Part shown: positions 1 to 12,985 of the stretch, piece after piece
Layout: the number at the start of each line of letters is the position of its first letter
Numbering within the stretch: position 1 is the stretch's first letter
Source: Yuukianura sp. NJ FZ-2021
Taxonomy: Eukaryota
NCBI GenBank assembly: GCA_046563655.1
Contig: CM102285.1
Span: forward strand, 1,984,001-2,048,000
DNA: 64,000 nucleotides
Direction: 5' to 3'
Position numbers and translations under genes: made by a program
Notes under the pieces: generated by a model
Told to the model about the DNA's origin: nothing
The model's input: only the letters and a program-made list of their open reading frames with translations
Databases searched by the model: none

Positions 1-2558
1 GAAAAGTTAACACTTTGTTCCATTGTTATTGTAACAAAGATAATAAATAACGAATCTGTAAATTTGTACATGATAAAGAAAGTTTTGCCAATAATGATTG
101 CCAGAACACCCAATATAACCAGTCCACACCATAGGTTCGAACTAAACGGTTTTAAATACGCGGTAAAATTCAAGTCATCCCGCAGATTTATGCAACCGAA
201 GAACCCAAAAGCATCCCCAGTTGATCCATGCAACACTATCATATGCCACATTAAAGCACCATAGAACACAGGTCGTCTGAAATGCAAATCTTTAACATCG
301 GATACAAACATATGTAGTCCAAGAAGATCATCTTCGTCATAATTTCCTTTACAATACTCCCAATTTTTGTACTTTCCATGCGTTAAAAATGGAGCCAAGT
401 AGTTGAACAGAATGATATGACGCATGCGCCGGTAGATATTGAACCTTTCAGGATATTTTCTCAAGGATGACGTCATGGAATGCTCACCTGCGCAGTTAAA
501 ATTAGGTATAAACTGCTTTGTTAGGTTTCTAAACCGAGAAAATATTCCGCTCAAAACGACATTTTTAATACATCGCTCCGTCATCAACATTCTCGAGTAA
601 GGTTTAAGTGATCCACCACCATTTTTGCTCTCGCCAATATCTAAAAACACATTAAGTGAAAATATTAAAATATACAAAACTAAACACATTTTAATAGCAT
701 ATTATAGTTCAACTGAAAATGATTGACAGTTTGTTGAAAGCCGAAATTTTTATTTTTGGCGTGGAGACGTCGAAGTTGCAATAACGATTGCGTGTCAATT
801 TGTACCCTTTGGAGCTTAAATCTTTGTGCAAACGCAAGTGTAACTTAAGTCGGTAATATTTATTTTACTCATTCCTAAAACCCACTCGTACATAAATAGG
901 AATTCGTACAAAGTGATAAAGGTAAGACGAGGACTGTTAAAGTTATGCCAATTGAAGAATATTTATTTGTGACAAAACAATATGGAACTTTGCTACTTAC
1001 GAGGTACACTTTAGAAACAACATTAAGGAATAACTTACACTGAATGGTATGTTTATACAAGAGAGATAGTAGAATTGAGGAAAAAATGATCAAATGATTG
1101 AACCTATTCCGAATACGAATCCGAACCTGATTCGGAATCTATACTAGCATTTTTGACCGAAATAACAATGCGCTCTTGTGTGATCCGGATAAAATCTTCA
1201 GTGATATTTTCTGCTTTCATGATGAGCTCATCAAGTTCAATTACATGGCGAACGCATGACTGCCACATTTTGGTCTATTTCTGGGGATTGAATTACAAGT
1301 TGTACGATTGGTTAAGAGAATCTTAAAAGTCTTGTTCCTTTTCTTTACAGCGTCTAATCTAAATGGATCCTCCCATAAATGGGCATATTTGAACCATTCT
1401 TAGGCTATTTATTTAATTAGTACGCAGGTTTTCATTTATTTTATTTATAAGTCGTCTGGACACAGTTGCATCGCCCGGTTTATGTCAACCATGTTGTTAC
1501 CCGGGCCAACCATGATGTTACGCGCAAAAATTCAAAATCAACAAACTGTCAATCATTTTCGGTTGAACTATAATAATCATTAATGTTCTAAAACGTTCAC
1601 ATAATACTCAGATTGATTGAACAATTACTATTAAGTAGCTAAAGTTTATGCGGTGCTCTTGTATGTCTTTGTATTTCTCTGTCTGGTGGTTAGCACAAGC
1701 GACCGTCGATGGCAATTATTACAAATTAGTACTTGTTTGTTTTCAAATATGTAAACCGTTTCACAGTCACGCGGAGACATTTAAATGTCGTGCTCAAATG
1801 CAAATGAGGTTTATCTGCAGTTGACATGTCAATGAATCTTTCGCTACTTGTGTGCGCCTCAATTACCACGGTTCCACCCTAATTTATTGATCTAATTCTA
1901 ACTTCTATTAATTTCAAGTATAGTATTTTGCGTTACGATAAGGTTAGTTACCTTGGCATGTTGGATTATTATATTCCATAAGACACTGGTTGGGTTCAGA
2001 CTGATTGTCCAAGTTATAATGTTGTAAGAAACCTCGGAGTAAACACACTCTTAGTTCATGCGTGTTTCCAAAAAATGTGTAAGTAACTGCGACAACTCTG
2101 CTTCTCGAATTAGGCCAGATAAATGGCGCTGAGGTTGAATATTTATTGGCGAATTGGCGTTTGACTTGCGAATTCACTACAGCGACTATATACGCAAACC
2201 CAATTGGTTGGTTTAAATATTTCAGTGGCGACGTCGTCTGAGCATTTAAAGAACTATTTTCATACGGCGGTGTCTCTCCATAAAAATTAATGTACTCCTC
2301 CAACTTAAAAAATATTAGATCCTCATTGTCAAGCCCAACAGTTTGAGAAAAGTTTGCCGGGAGTACGTAAATCAAGGCAAAACACGGATCTGTTTGTGCC
2401 AATTTTGCAGTTACGTACATTGTTCTGTACACTGTCCTATTGACAGATTGTGTTGCCAGTGGATGAAGGAAGGGTTCCAGTTGAACAGTTGTAGTTGGGT
2501 AGACAACCAGCAGCTTATAACAAAACTCAAATGTTGCTAGAATGTTAGCCAATCCCAT
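1..2558 (-). CDS. Divergent ionotropic receptor-like gene, copy 1; exons 1952-2558 and <1-640, runs off the left edge
   Basis: Exon 1 (MGLANILATFEFC...) ends CAAG|GTAAC (phase 1). Acceptor TTTTAG|ATATTGG at 640 continues in frame (DIGESKNGGG...MTERCIKN...RRMRH) and is near-identical in layout to copy 2. Confidence 0.75.
700..1575. mobile_element. Non-autonomous TIR element in the IR copy 1 intron
   Basis: ~38-bp inverted termini TATTATAGTTCAACTGAAAATGATTGACAGTTTGTTGA (700-738) vs 1538-1575. Accounts for most of the length difference from the copy 2 intron. Confidence 0.6.
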
Positions 2559-3053
2559 TGTGAGGATTGGTCTTGTTGATTCCGAGTAATGTGACGAGTA
2601 AAGACAACCAAAAACCGAAGTGTAACAGCTTTTTAAAAATGAGATTTGAAGACACCTCTACATTAGGATTGTTTTTATGCTTTATAAAGTAGATAGTAAG
2701 ATATGCAACATTACATGTTCAAATGTAGTAATAAGAAAGTTTACCAAACTCATTATGAGGCAAAATAGTGTGGTAAGTTGAACGTGATTATAGCAACATT
2801 TTCTCCTAATGTCTAATGTTTTACGATAGACGCTTAGAACTGACTGTTCAAGTCTGAAGGTATTTATTTGTACACTTTTACCACGTAGATATACAAGACA
2901 TGCAACATTCCATGCACACTAGGCTACACAATTACACATTCTATAAATACAGTAATTATTAAGCAAAAAATTATATGAAACTAAGGCATGTTCAAAAACA
3001 ATTTTTTTTTAATTTGTTTCGGAGAACCTTGAACAACGTCCCCATTACATAAA

Positions 3054-3586
3054 CTATAATTTCAGCATAGTTTCAGAAAAACATCCTTTGCGAATCGACG
3101 CAATTGATCCTCGTGGCTTTCATTTTAGTGCTTTTTCAATTTTTAAACAAATTCTTCCACCCCCTCCCCCCCCTCACCTCAGTTGGTCATAAATAGTTCA
3201 GCCTGAGTATCCCGAAATGATGATACATTAAACTGTTCCGTATAGATGGAGATGCGGAGTATTTTCTGAAATGAGCTTTCTGAAAAATCTGAATAGTCAC
3301 AACTGACATATATAACCTAATTTGTTAAAAATGATAATTAAACTGTGTATCTTTTGATATTGATGCAATTTACAAGGAATTCTGAATCTTACGTTCTCAC
3401 TAAACAGGCAAACTTTGCTGCATTTGTGAATGCGAGTTTTTCATTGGTTCATTTACAGGTGGAATTTTTTAAAATCTGCCTCTTCCGCTAGATCCTGAAT
3501 ACAATATGGCTTTCGGTAAAGATTGGGCTGATGTTAAAATATTCAAAACTGAAAGAAAAAATGAACCTGAAAAATATCTTCATCAT
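3054..3586 (-). pseudogene. Decayed beta/gamma-crystallin-domain gene copy
   Basis: Homologous to 6926-7693 (signal-peptide exon, ...PRGSIASIRKGCFSET tail) but with frameshifts and a large deletion in exon 2. Confidence 0.75.
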
Positions 3587-3801
3587 TCGTAATTACGAAT
3601 TATGATAACTATGAATAAACTTCAAAATTAACCGATAGAAAATTCGGATTCAACTACAGTTTTTTTACACAAAACTAACTTTCAGAGCTGACACATTCTA
3701 CACCCAAAGACTAGAAATAATTTTGAAACAGAAAAAACAATAATGATTGGATGAAGTTTTGATAAGAGAATTCGAACAGGTTTCCTTTATATAGTTTTGA
3801 T

Positions 3802-6438
3802 TTAAAGTTTAAGCACAGCGTCTTTACCTTGGAGTAAACTAAAAAGTGAATACACGCTTTTTACTACGACGTACAACTGCGAATATAAATACATAAAAAT
3901 GGAAAATGCAATTCCCGTTGCTCCAATAACAAAAACTGATCGTAGTTTTTCTAGAGTTAGGACAAGGTCTTTAATTTTGTCGTTTTTTGTAGTAGTAAGG
4001 AATTCTTGTTCCTCTTTTATAAATTTTAGGTTGTATGTCCAATTCAATGACTTTTCCCAGTAACGTAGAAATCCTGAACTGCCTAACACATCCACCCTTT
4101 TTTTCAAGTACTCCAGAACATACATGTCGTTGAACGTAAAGATATAGTCGTAGTTGTCACCGCGAATCATACCTTCATTTTCCTTGTTATTGCTTTGGTA
4201 AATGTACAGCCCCGCAGTTTTGTTGCTGTTGTATAGCTTTACCTTTTGTTCTTGCATGTTTGCTTCCCTTACAACTAGGAAGTCGCTACTACATTTCAAA
4301 AAATGACTTGAAGGAGTGGAATTTGGAAAATTTTCCGGCGGAACCAAGTTATTGATTACACTTTCCCGCCAACCAGTGTGATTAAGCCTGTCGATACATA
4401 CATCTTGTAACGAAAAGTTTTGCTTTAGCATTTTGTCTTGTATTGCAACAGCTGTCAAGTCGCCTTGCAGTGTAACTTCAATATATAAATTCTCCGTTAT
4501 TGTTTTGCACAAAGGTGTTTGTTGCAAAAAATTGGACATAAACAGTAGCATGTGACTTTCTGATTGTGGAAGTCTTTTGGGTGCCTTCGACCAATGATGC
4601 AACAACAAATCCCAGTGGAAGTAAAAGTCATTCGGAATCAAAGATGAATTTGAATTAACCGCTTCCTGAAAAGTTTTAACTTCATGTGGAGTCAGCGGAA
4701 CCAACATGTTTGTAATTAGCAAACTTTTGTAGCTGTTGGACAGGATTATAAAAACGTAGCGTACAGTTATAAATAAAATAAGAAACATAAGTGATTTAGC
4801 CAACTTTGCTGAGAATTTAACAGGTTGTTCCATCGCTACGGTTATAAAAACAATGAGTAGAGAGTCTGTAAATTTGTACATGAGGAAGAAAATTTTGCCA
4901 AGTATGGTTGCCAGGACACCAAATATGATCAGTCCCAACCAAAGGGACAAACTAAACGGTTTTAAATACGCGCTAAAGTTTATATCATCTTGCAAATTTA
5001 TGCAGCCGAAGAACCCAAAGGCATTCCCAGTTGACCCATGCAACACTATGGTATGCCACATTAACCCACCAACGATCGCTGGTCTTCGAAAATGCATATC
5101 TTTTACATCGGCGACGTAGATGTTCAGTCCGAGACGACCTTGGTCAAAATTAGCTTGTTTACAATACTCCCAATTTTTGTACTTTCCATGCGTTAGAAAT
5201 GGAGCCAAGTAGTCTAGCAGAATGACATGACGCATGCGTCGGTAGATGTCGAACCTTTCGGGATATTTTGTCAAATTTGACGCCATGTCATGTACGTCCC
5301 TGCAGTTCCAGTCATATACGAAGTGCTTTGTTGTGTTTCTAAACAGATAAAATGTTCTGCGCAAAACGGAATTTCGAATACAGCGCTCCGTCATCAGTAT
5401 TCTGGAGTTTGCTTTAATTGTTCCAACAGCAGCCCCTCTTGCGCCAATATCTAAAAAAATGTTTCAAATATTACTAATATTCAAAATTGTTTTCAAAGTT
5501 TATGTTTATCATACGATTATTATATTATTAAATAACTCCCAAAACTTAAGCACCGATCTCTTGTACGTCTGTCTGTCCGTCTGACCGTCAACTTATGTGC
5601 TCGTCGGCGGCAATTATTCATAATTACTTTTTTGTTTTCCAAGCCTTTAAGCAGTTTTGCAGTCATGCGCAACATTTGAAAATCATGTTCAATAATTCAG
5701 ATTCGCACGACAATAAATCTTTCGCTACTTATGTAGCCCTTGATTTCCACCGTTTCACCACTATTTACAGGTCTTACTTTTGCTTCTAGCAGTTCTAGTA
5801 GTTTCAAGTATATTTTAATTTATAATAATGTAGGTATTACCTTCTTGACATGTTGGATTACGATACATCAGGACACAAAGCAAAGGTTGAGACTGAGTGA
5901 ACAAATCTGAAGGCAGTAAGAAATCCTTGAGTAAGCAGATGCCTATCTGATACGTATTTGGCAACAGTGTGTAAGTGATTGCGACAACTCTGCTTCTCAA
6001 GTTAAGCCAAATGAATGGCGCTGAGTTTGAATATTTAACTTTGATTGGCGAATTCACAATGGAGACTATGTATGCAAAACCAATGGGTTGGTTTAAATAT
6101 TTTAGTGGCGACGTCGTCTGAAGATTTGTAGACATAGTTCCATACGGGGGCGTCTCCCCATAATGGTGCTTGTACTCCTCCAACTTGAAAAATACGTTAT
6201 TCTCATGAATAGCTCCAACAGTTTGAGAAAAGTTTGGCGGGAGAACGTAAATCAAGGCGAAACACGGATCTGTTTGTGCCAATTTCGCAGTTACGTACAT
6301 CATTCTGTACACTGTTGTATTGACAGATTGCGTTGCCAATGGATGTGGGAAAGGCTCCATTTGGATAGTGGTAGTTGGGTAGACAACAAGCAGCTTATAA
6401 CAAAACTCAAATGTTGCTAGAATGTTAGCCAAACCCAT
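3802..6438 (-). CDS. Divergent ionotropic receptor-like protein, copy 2 (exons 5841-6438, 3802-5450; ~748 aa)
   Basis: Phase-1 GT-AG intron 5451-5840 joins the 207-aa and 530-aa ORFs in frame. iGluR/IR hallmarks: pre-M1 KPF..LW, MEQ pore-like motif, M3-like NSYKSLLITNM, S2 end SSGFLRYW, pre-M4 LTLEKLRSVF. Confidence 0.75.
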
Positions 6439-6925
6439 TGTGGGTATTGATAGTGCTGATTCCGAGTAATGTTAACAGGATTTTGTTCAAATGTCTCAGC
6501 TTTTTAGAAATAAGACTCGAAAATACCCCTACCCCTAACTCAGGGTTATTTTTATGCTTTTGAAAGTAGTTAGTAAAGACATGCAATATTACGTGTTCAA
6601 ACGTAGCAAGAATGTTAACAAAACCCATTATGAAACAAAATAGTGTTGAAGTTGAACGTAATTATAGCAAGGTTATGTTACAATTTTTACGAAAAGCGCT
6701 TAGAAATATCTGTGCATGTCTAGTTTTTATACTTTTGTTATGGAGGTATAAGAGACATGCAACATTCTATGCAAACTAGCCAGGACATTCCCTTTTTCTA
6801 TAAATACTGGATAGCTAACCTAACCTAATTATTAAACAAAAATTACATGATACTAAGGTATGTGCAAAAAAAAAATTTTTTAAACTTGTCTCAGAGCTAC
6901 TTGTTCTACATACCCATTGAAGGGA

Positions 6926-7693
6926 CTACACTTCAGCTATAGTTTCAGAAAAACATCCTTTGCGAATCGACGCAATTGATCCTCGTGGCACTTTGGGGCT
7001 CAACATCTCCGTGCTTTGTATAAAATGGGCTTCAATTTCAGCACTTTTTGAAATTTTTAAACAAATTCTTTTCCCGCCAAATCTCGGTTGGTCGTAAATA
7101 GTCCAGTTTGAGGATCCCGAAATTATGACAGATGAAATGGTTCCATACAGATGGAGATGCGGAGTATCTCCTGAAATCAGTTCTTCTTCACCTTGAAAAT
7201 AAATTTTAGAGTACAGCGTGATTGCGTCTTTTTGAAAATCATTTTTGAATCCGACGGCGCGAACAGAAGAAACAGCGTTTCCAAGAAATTGAAAATTCAC
7301 ACAGGTTTCTTTCGGTTCAAAAATATACTCCAATCCGGCGTCTCCAGCTGCATTAAAATTTTCTCCATCGTAAAACAACCACCTTAGACGAAAGCGACGT
7401 AAATAACTCATTTATTAATAAAAATAATATGTAAATCTGTAAACTTTGGAAATTGTTATTCTGAAATAATTTGTTTGAAATTTTGAATCTTACGTTCCCA
7501 CTAAACAAACGGATTTTGCCGCGTTGTTGAATCCAAGCTTTTCCAAATTTGGAACTTGTTCATTACCTGACGGAATTTTTTGAAAACTGCCACTTCCGCT
7601 TGACCCTGAATACAATGTAGCTTTCGGTAAAAATTGGGCTGATGTCAAAATATTCAAAAATGGAAGAAAAATTGAAACTGCAAAATACTTCAT
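6926..7693 (-). CDS. Secreted beta/gamma-crystallin domain protein (exons 7494-7693, 6926-7382; ~218 aa)
   Basis: Signal-peptide-like MKYFAVSIFLPFLNILTSA. Greek-key motifs LYS...F.G, W.FYD..NF, VSSVR, ISSV, WTIYDQPRFGG, IASIR. The phase-2 GT-AG intron 7383-7493 joins in frame. Confidence 0.75.
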
Positions 7694-8397
7694 AACTAAC
7701 AAATAGAAAATCCAGTATTCACATACAGTTTCTTCACAAACTAACTTTTGGAGTCGACACATTCTATACACTGAACGACCAGAAATAATTGTGAAACAGA
7801 AAAAACCCATACTGACACATAGACCTTCATGTTGCTCATTAATGCTGCAACTGTCACTGTTATTTCATAATCTGATGTGAATAACAAATCAGATTTACAG
7901 GGAAATTAGGGATGGAAATATACAGAATTTGTAATGCTATGCTACACCAATCGGAAAAATAAATTTCATTTTCACTTGTATTTGACATTAAAATCCTAAA
8001 AATTCCTAGAATTTTTGTAAGGTTTGTGGTTTTAAAATTAAAATTTGCTACACGAAGTCCAACTAAAATCACAATAAGTTTGCGTCTCGCTTATTTGACT
8101 TTAATTGTAACTTTTTTTTCAAAACTCTCAAAACTACCGTTAAATTTTGAGACAAAGAGCAAGCACAAACTTTTTAATACGAAAGATATTCACAACCCGA
8201 AATTTTTTAAACCTATGCAGTTAACCTAAAATTAATTAACATTGAATGAACTTAATGAACTTAAACTTATGAAACTACCAGAATTCTAGTATCTACCACT
8301 AGAGTAAAATTACAATCACGTGCAAAATTATTTCGTTCCAATGTGAATTTCTTTTACTTACTTACGTTAGTTCGTGGATGCCAAATTATGTCAGATG

Positions 8398-9132
8398 CTA
8401 TTTTTCGGTAAGAAAATTCATACATTTAGGTGCAGACATTTTGAGCTGTTCGTAGGAAAATGCAAAAGCTGCCGCCATAATTCCAACCCCTGTTATTCCA
8501 AAAAATGACCTCATTTTAGACAGCGACAAGTATTCGTTTTGTTGCAAGGCGTTTTTGTTTCTAGCCTGAACTCCCTCTTCCTCTTTGGCAAATTTGAGGA
8601 TATTCGTCCAATTAATTTCTGTTCCCAATGTTGTAGAAATCCCGAAGTTACCAGAGCTTGCACCCTGTCTCTCTCGTATTCCATAACATAAATGTTAGTT
8701 GAACACGAAAATATAAGTCAATGCTTTCACCACGAATGACACCTTCATCATACATGCTATTACTTTGGTAAATGTACAACCCTTCACTTTTGTTATTTTG
8801 ATACAATTGTACTCAATTTTCTGCCATGGTCGCCGCTTTTACAGTTAGCAAATGACCTTCACATTTCAAAAGCAAGTTTTCTAGGGCTCCTCTGAATTCA
8901 TTACGATCAGGGTGAAAGAATGTCAAGTTTGGTAAAACCAAACTTGTTACAGCTTTCCTTTTCAATCCAGTCAAGTTAAACTTATCCACACACATTTTCT
9001 CTGGTAGTGTGAAATTCTTGTCTCTAATTTTCCTACAAAACTCGAAATAGGTCATTCTCGTTTTGCTCGAATCATACGCAAAAGGATTAGTTTCTAGACT
9101 AATATGACATAATGACGTCTGCTGAAGAAAGT
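8398..9132 (-). pseudogene. 3' half of an IR-like gene, frameshifted
   Basis: FLQQTSLC...LKCEGHLLTVKAATMAE...NWTNILKF...LSLSKMRSFFGI matches the C-terminal half of the IR paralogues, split over frames. It starts at a TTTTCCAG acceptor; no 5' half was found. Confidence 0.8.
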
Positions 9133-9195
9133 CTGGAAAAATATTAAATCTGCTATTAATTAATAATAATTTAGAACTATAAAGTAAATAATTAC

Positions 9196-10193
9196 CAAGG
9201 CAACTAAACAAAAAGACACACGCGCTTTCTAAGGTAGTCTCACGAGCCGTTTTTTAATTGTTTTTTGCGAAAGCTATAGTGGGGTGGTATCCAGGGAGAT
9301 TAATTTGTGCAAAAGTTGGTTGGGGTAACGATACTGTTCTGTTCATTTAACAAATGTAAAAAAAGCCAAAATGCGTCAAAGGTTAGACTCCCATAAGAAA
9401 AAAATGTCTCAAAAAAAGATCCTCGTTCCCTCCCTCCGTCATTGAGAAACAGAGAACTTCTTTCCTGACCCCTGGTCTTTCCAGAAAGTCTCCGAAATTA
9501 GAGGTTTGCGCGGCAAGCTGATGCTGTAACGATTAAATTGCTAGACGCCCAATTAAATAAACGCTATAAGCAATTTGAAAAAGTGTGTTACTATTTTAAC
9601 GTAATTTATACATATTTATTGTAGCATTTCATTATTATGGGAATAATTTGTCCAATAATTTAAGAAAGTTAACATTTTGCTTGCCGCGCAATATCTAATT
9701 TCGGAAGGTTTTTGAAAAGCCCAGGTGTCAGGGAAGAAATTCCCTCTTTTCTCAATGACTGAGGGAGGAAGCTAGGATCTTCTTTTGAGACTCCTTTTCT
9801 TATGGGAGTCTAACCTTTGACGCATTTTGGCTTTTTTTACATTTGTTAAATGAACAGAACAGTATGTGTTACTTGTAACCAGTGTTCGATATTTGGCACA
9901 AAATCAACTATTTGCCATTGAGTTGTAATGAATTTTTAGTAATTATAAGCGTAAAACTTGTATAATACAATTTTCCAATCTTTAAACCGATGTAAACTAC
10001 AGCTCTGATTATTGGTTACAACGGATGGTTACAATGGATGAATTTACTTTGTTGTCCAACATAAGAAAAACGTTGTCACAGAAATGTAAAAAACAAACAA
10101 TCCACCCCACTATAACTTTCGCAAAAAACAATTAAAAAACGGCTCGTGAGACTACCTTAGTAATGCGGTGTGTCATTTTGTTTAGTTGCCTTG
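9196..10193. mobile_element. Non-autonomous DNA transposon with ~90-bp TIRs and 8-bp TSD (P- or hAT-like)
   Basis: TIR CAAGGCAACTAAACAAAA...CTAAGGTAGTCTCACGAGCCG. TSD ATAATTAC at 9188-9195 and 10194-10201. The empty site (single GTAATTAT) is in the other arm near 38325. Confidence 0.85.
9334..9862. mobile_element. Nested MITE with ~185-bp TIRs and TA TSD (Tc1/mariner-type)
   Basis: CTGTTCTGTTCATTTAACAAATGTAAAAAAAGCCAAAATGCGTCAAAGGTTAGACTCCCATAAG... is mirrored at 9680-9862, with TA on both sides. Confidence 0.85.
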
Positions 10194-10512
10194 ATAATTA
10201 CTAGGGCGCGAATGTTGTTGTAAAAAAAAACCATAGCAACAACTAACAACATTTCCATCCAAAATCATTAGCAAATTTTTTAATTTTAGAGTTGAAGACA
10301 CAAACTTCAAAAATATAATTACGTTGATACAATATAAAATCTCGTCCTTTTTAAAGTGAGTATCCCAGGCAACATCTCTGGGAAACAGATATCTAAACAT
10401 TTCTCGGTAGGTTTTTGGCAACAAAAAAAATTGATTTGCTCGTTAATCAGAATAAGAATTGCAACGTTTACAGATTATATTTTCAAAATTGTGTTTTACA
10501 CAACACGCCGTT

Positions 10513-12033
10513 TTACAACAATATTTCACGACGTTCTTGCTCCCTTCCGTAATGAAGTACCATTGGCCAGGGGCTTTGAACTGGAACGTATTTTTCCTTT
10601 CCATTGAGAATTTTCACGTTGTCTTCAGTCAACCCTAAGGCTTCGTAGTACGTAGTCATGAATTTTCTGGAAAACGTCACGCAGTTGTTTGTCTATTTTA
10701 AAAAAAAATATTATTTTTCAAATGTTCACTACTAAAATTGTTTGTAAAAATATATTGCAAAGGATCCTCACATCAGTAGATTTTGGCATTAAACTTCCAC
10801 TGCTGTCGCCTGGCAACGAGTAAAGAAGCTGCAATTTTTTATCTGTAAAGACTTCCCTATTTCTGGAATGTGCGTTAACAGCAGCATCAAAAGTTCCTTT
10901 CACTTTTTCAACATCGACGTTCCAATGTGGTCCAACTTTGATACTTCCCCAGTTTTCCAACCTTTCTGTTACTTCCTCAGTGTTCATGTTAACAGTTGTG
11001 ACACGAAGCCTCCCTTTGCCTAGGAGAATGTGGGCTTTGGACTTTGGACCAAAGTCAAGACGTTGAAATGATCGAACAAATTTATTTGCTTCTTCGTTCC
11101 ATTCCAAGTACTCCATCATTAGGAAGGCATGGATCCCTCCAGTACACATCATCAAAACGCCTTGGGTGCTTGAAATACTTCCATGTCATTTCATCGAATG
11201 AATTACAACGAAGTCAATTAGCACGAATGAATTTCCACGAAAACAATTACAACGAAAGTCAAATCACAACGAAAGTCCAATTACAACGAAAGTTGAATTA
11301 CCACGAATGTACAACAATGTAACTATAGCCGGACTTATACAATAGAACCTACAGACGTAATCACTATTGCGTGCTTTACCAAACCTAACTCATCGCCTTC
11401 GGCGCGGTAACACATCGAAAGTTTGCCGCAATTCAGGGACTTTCGTCGTAATTGGACTTTCGTTGTAATTGGACTTTCGTTGTAATTGTTTTCGTGGAAA
11501 TTCATTCAGGGTATTTCACTTCGTTGTAATTCATTCGATGAAATGGCGTGCTTCCCTTGAAATTAACTTGAAATGTTTCTTGAGTAAAATTGAGTAAGCA
11601 GAGTCTTCATCGAACTCATTTTTGTTCTAAAAGTTACAAAGAAAATATAACTTTTGAATAAAAATTTGATAAAAATCGTGTAATTGTTTTTTTTAAATCA
11701 CGTTTTAAAAAACCAGAATTTTTGATTATTTCAAAATTACCGAATCCTGCACTGGTTCGTTTCTTGGTGTTCGGAATCTTGAAAACATTTTCTGAAACCA
11801 CTTCCACATCTGTGTTCTTTCAAAACTTTTTTCAAATTCGACTTTTCGATTACTAGTTGCCTGTTTGAACACTTTTCAACTCCACAATAAAAACTCCACT
11901 GATCACTACTTCGTTTGATCAACCATAACGAAAACTGTGGAACTTGTTGAAACATGATTCTGGAAATTTCGGATGATTCGCTTAGGAATTGAGGAGCATT
12001 ACTAATCCATGTCGTCATTTGCACGTCTCTCAT
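10513..12033 (-). pseudogene. Stand-alone permuted papain-like (PPPDE-type) peptidase-domain gene, left copy, transposon-interrupted
   Basis: Exons ~11741-12033, 10772-11626 (insertion at 11177-11555) and 10513-10692. With the insertion removed and the phase-0 intron 10693-10771 spliced: KKHFKLIS...GGIHAFLMMEYL...LYSLPG...STD|TNNCVTFSRKF, aligning with the NACHT C-terminal domain. Exon 1/2 phase not resolved. Confidence 0.7.
11177..11555. mobile_element. MITE with subterminal repeats and 8-bp TSD inserted in the peptidase-like exon
   Basis: TSD CTTGAAAT at 11169-11176 and 11556-11563. Inverted ends CATTTCATCGAATGAATTACAACGAAG plus arrays of TTACAACGAAAG. Empty site in the right copy near 35862. 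Confidence 0.85.
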
Positions 12034-12985
12034 GGCTTGATCTTTTATAAGCCCAAAAAACGTAATGATTTATTTTGAAATGACAAACATTGAACTTTGC
12101 ATGCTACCAACATTACTTTAAACCTTGAATCCTGTTTGGCAAAATTAGTAACACTAATTTAAAAGTAACTGTTTATAAATTTTCTTCTCACAATTCCAGT
12201 ATTAGGCTGAACAAGTAAATACAAAAGCAAACATCTATATGGTATATCCTTATATTAAACTTGCAGTGCATCGAAGTGCTAAAAACATCTGGGAGTTTGT
12301 CTTTTCATAAAAAAAAAATTAACACTTTGGAAACCACATTTATTTTTAGGCTTTTCGGAGTCACACCATTTCGTTTGTGCATCGTATAGCAGCTATACTA
12401 CGCTTTTAGAAGCATTCGCGCAATTCCCCAAAAAATTACATGCTCACCTTGAACCTTGAACATCCATTGGATACTAAACAATGTTTTTCTATATTTAGAA
12501 TTTTAAACTACACAGACATGTATAGTAGTTCTCTTAACTTTTTGTTTATCAGTGTTGAAAGCACTGCAATTTGCCTTATCTTCTACTAGAAAGATAAATA
12601 CTGGCCAGTGACGCCGTCATCAACCCATTTGATACTAGCCATTTTGTTGGCCACGAATGCTTTAGGGTAGGATTTATTCGAAAATGAAATATTTGTAATG
12701 GAAAGGTTTCAATAAAAATGTTGGAATATTATTTTACTATTTATGAGGAGAATGAAAAGCTTATTATTTGCATTTCCAAGTCCGCTTGAAGTGTTCGTGC
12801 ACCCTATTTTAAAAAAAAAATTAGTCGGAGCTGCCAAATGAATGTGCAAGTCACGTAAACCTTCTGACCATCATGCAAGAATTTGATCTCTTAAATATTC
12901 CAAAAATGTAGAACTCACGCTATGACCAGTCTTTGTCAAGTCTGCATTGCTTTTGGCTATCTAAATCTTTGAAATCTGCTTCGCG

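Larger units (their letters stand above)
7416..12654. repeat. Left arm of large inverted segmental duplication (partner 33907-40232)
   Basis: Collinear reverse-complement match over crystallin exon 1, the IR 3' fragment and the peptidase-like gene. The arms differ by independent transposon insertions. Confidence 0.9.

Noticed and set aside
1680-1715. tRNA A-box-like TGGTGGTTAGCAC
   Set aside because: No B-box or cloverleaf follows; no tRNA or rRNA gene could be supported in the window.
11190-11545. TTACAACGAAAG arrays as CRISPR or coding sequence (ORF 11044-11322)
   Set aside because: They are the inverted subterminal repeats of a MITE with a clear 8-bp TSD.
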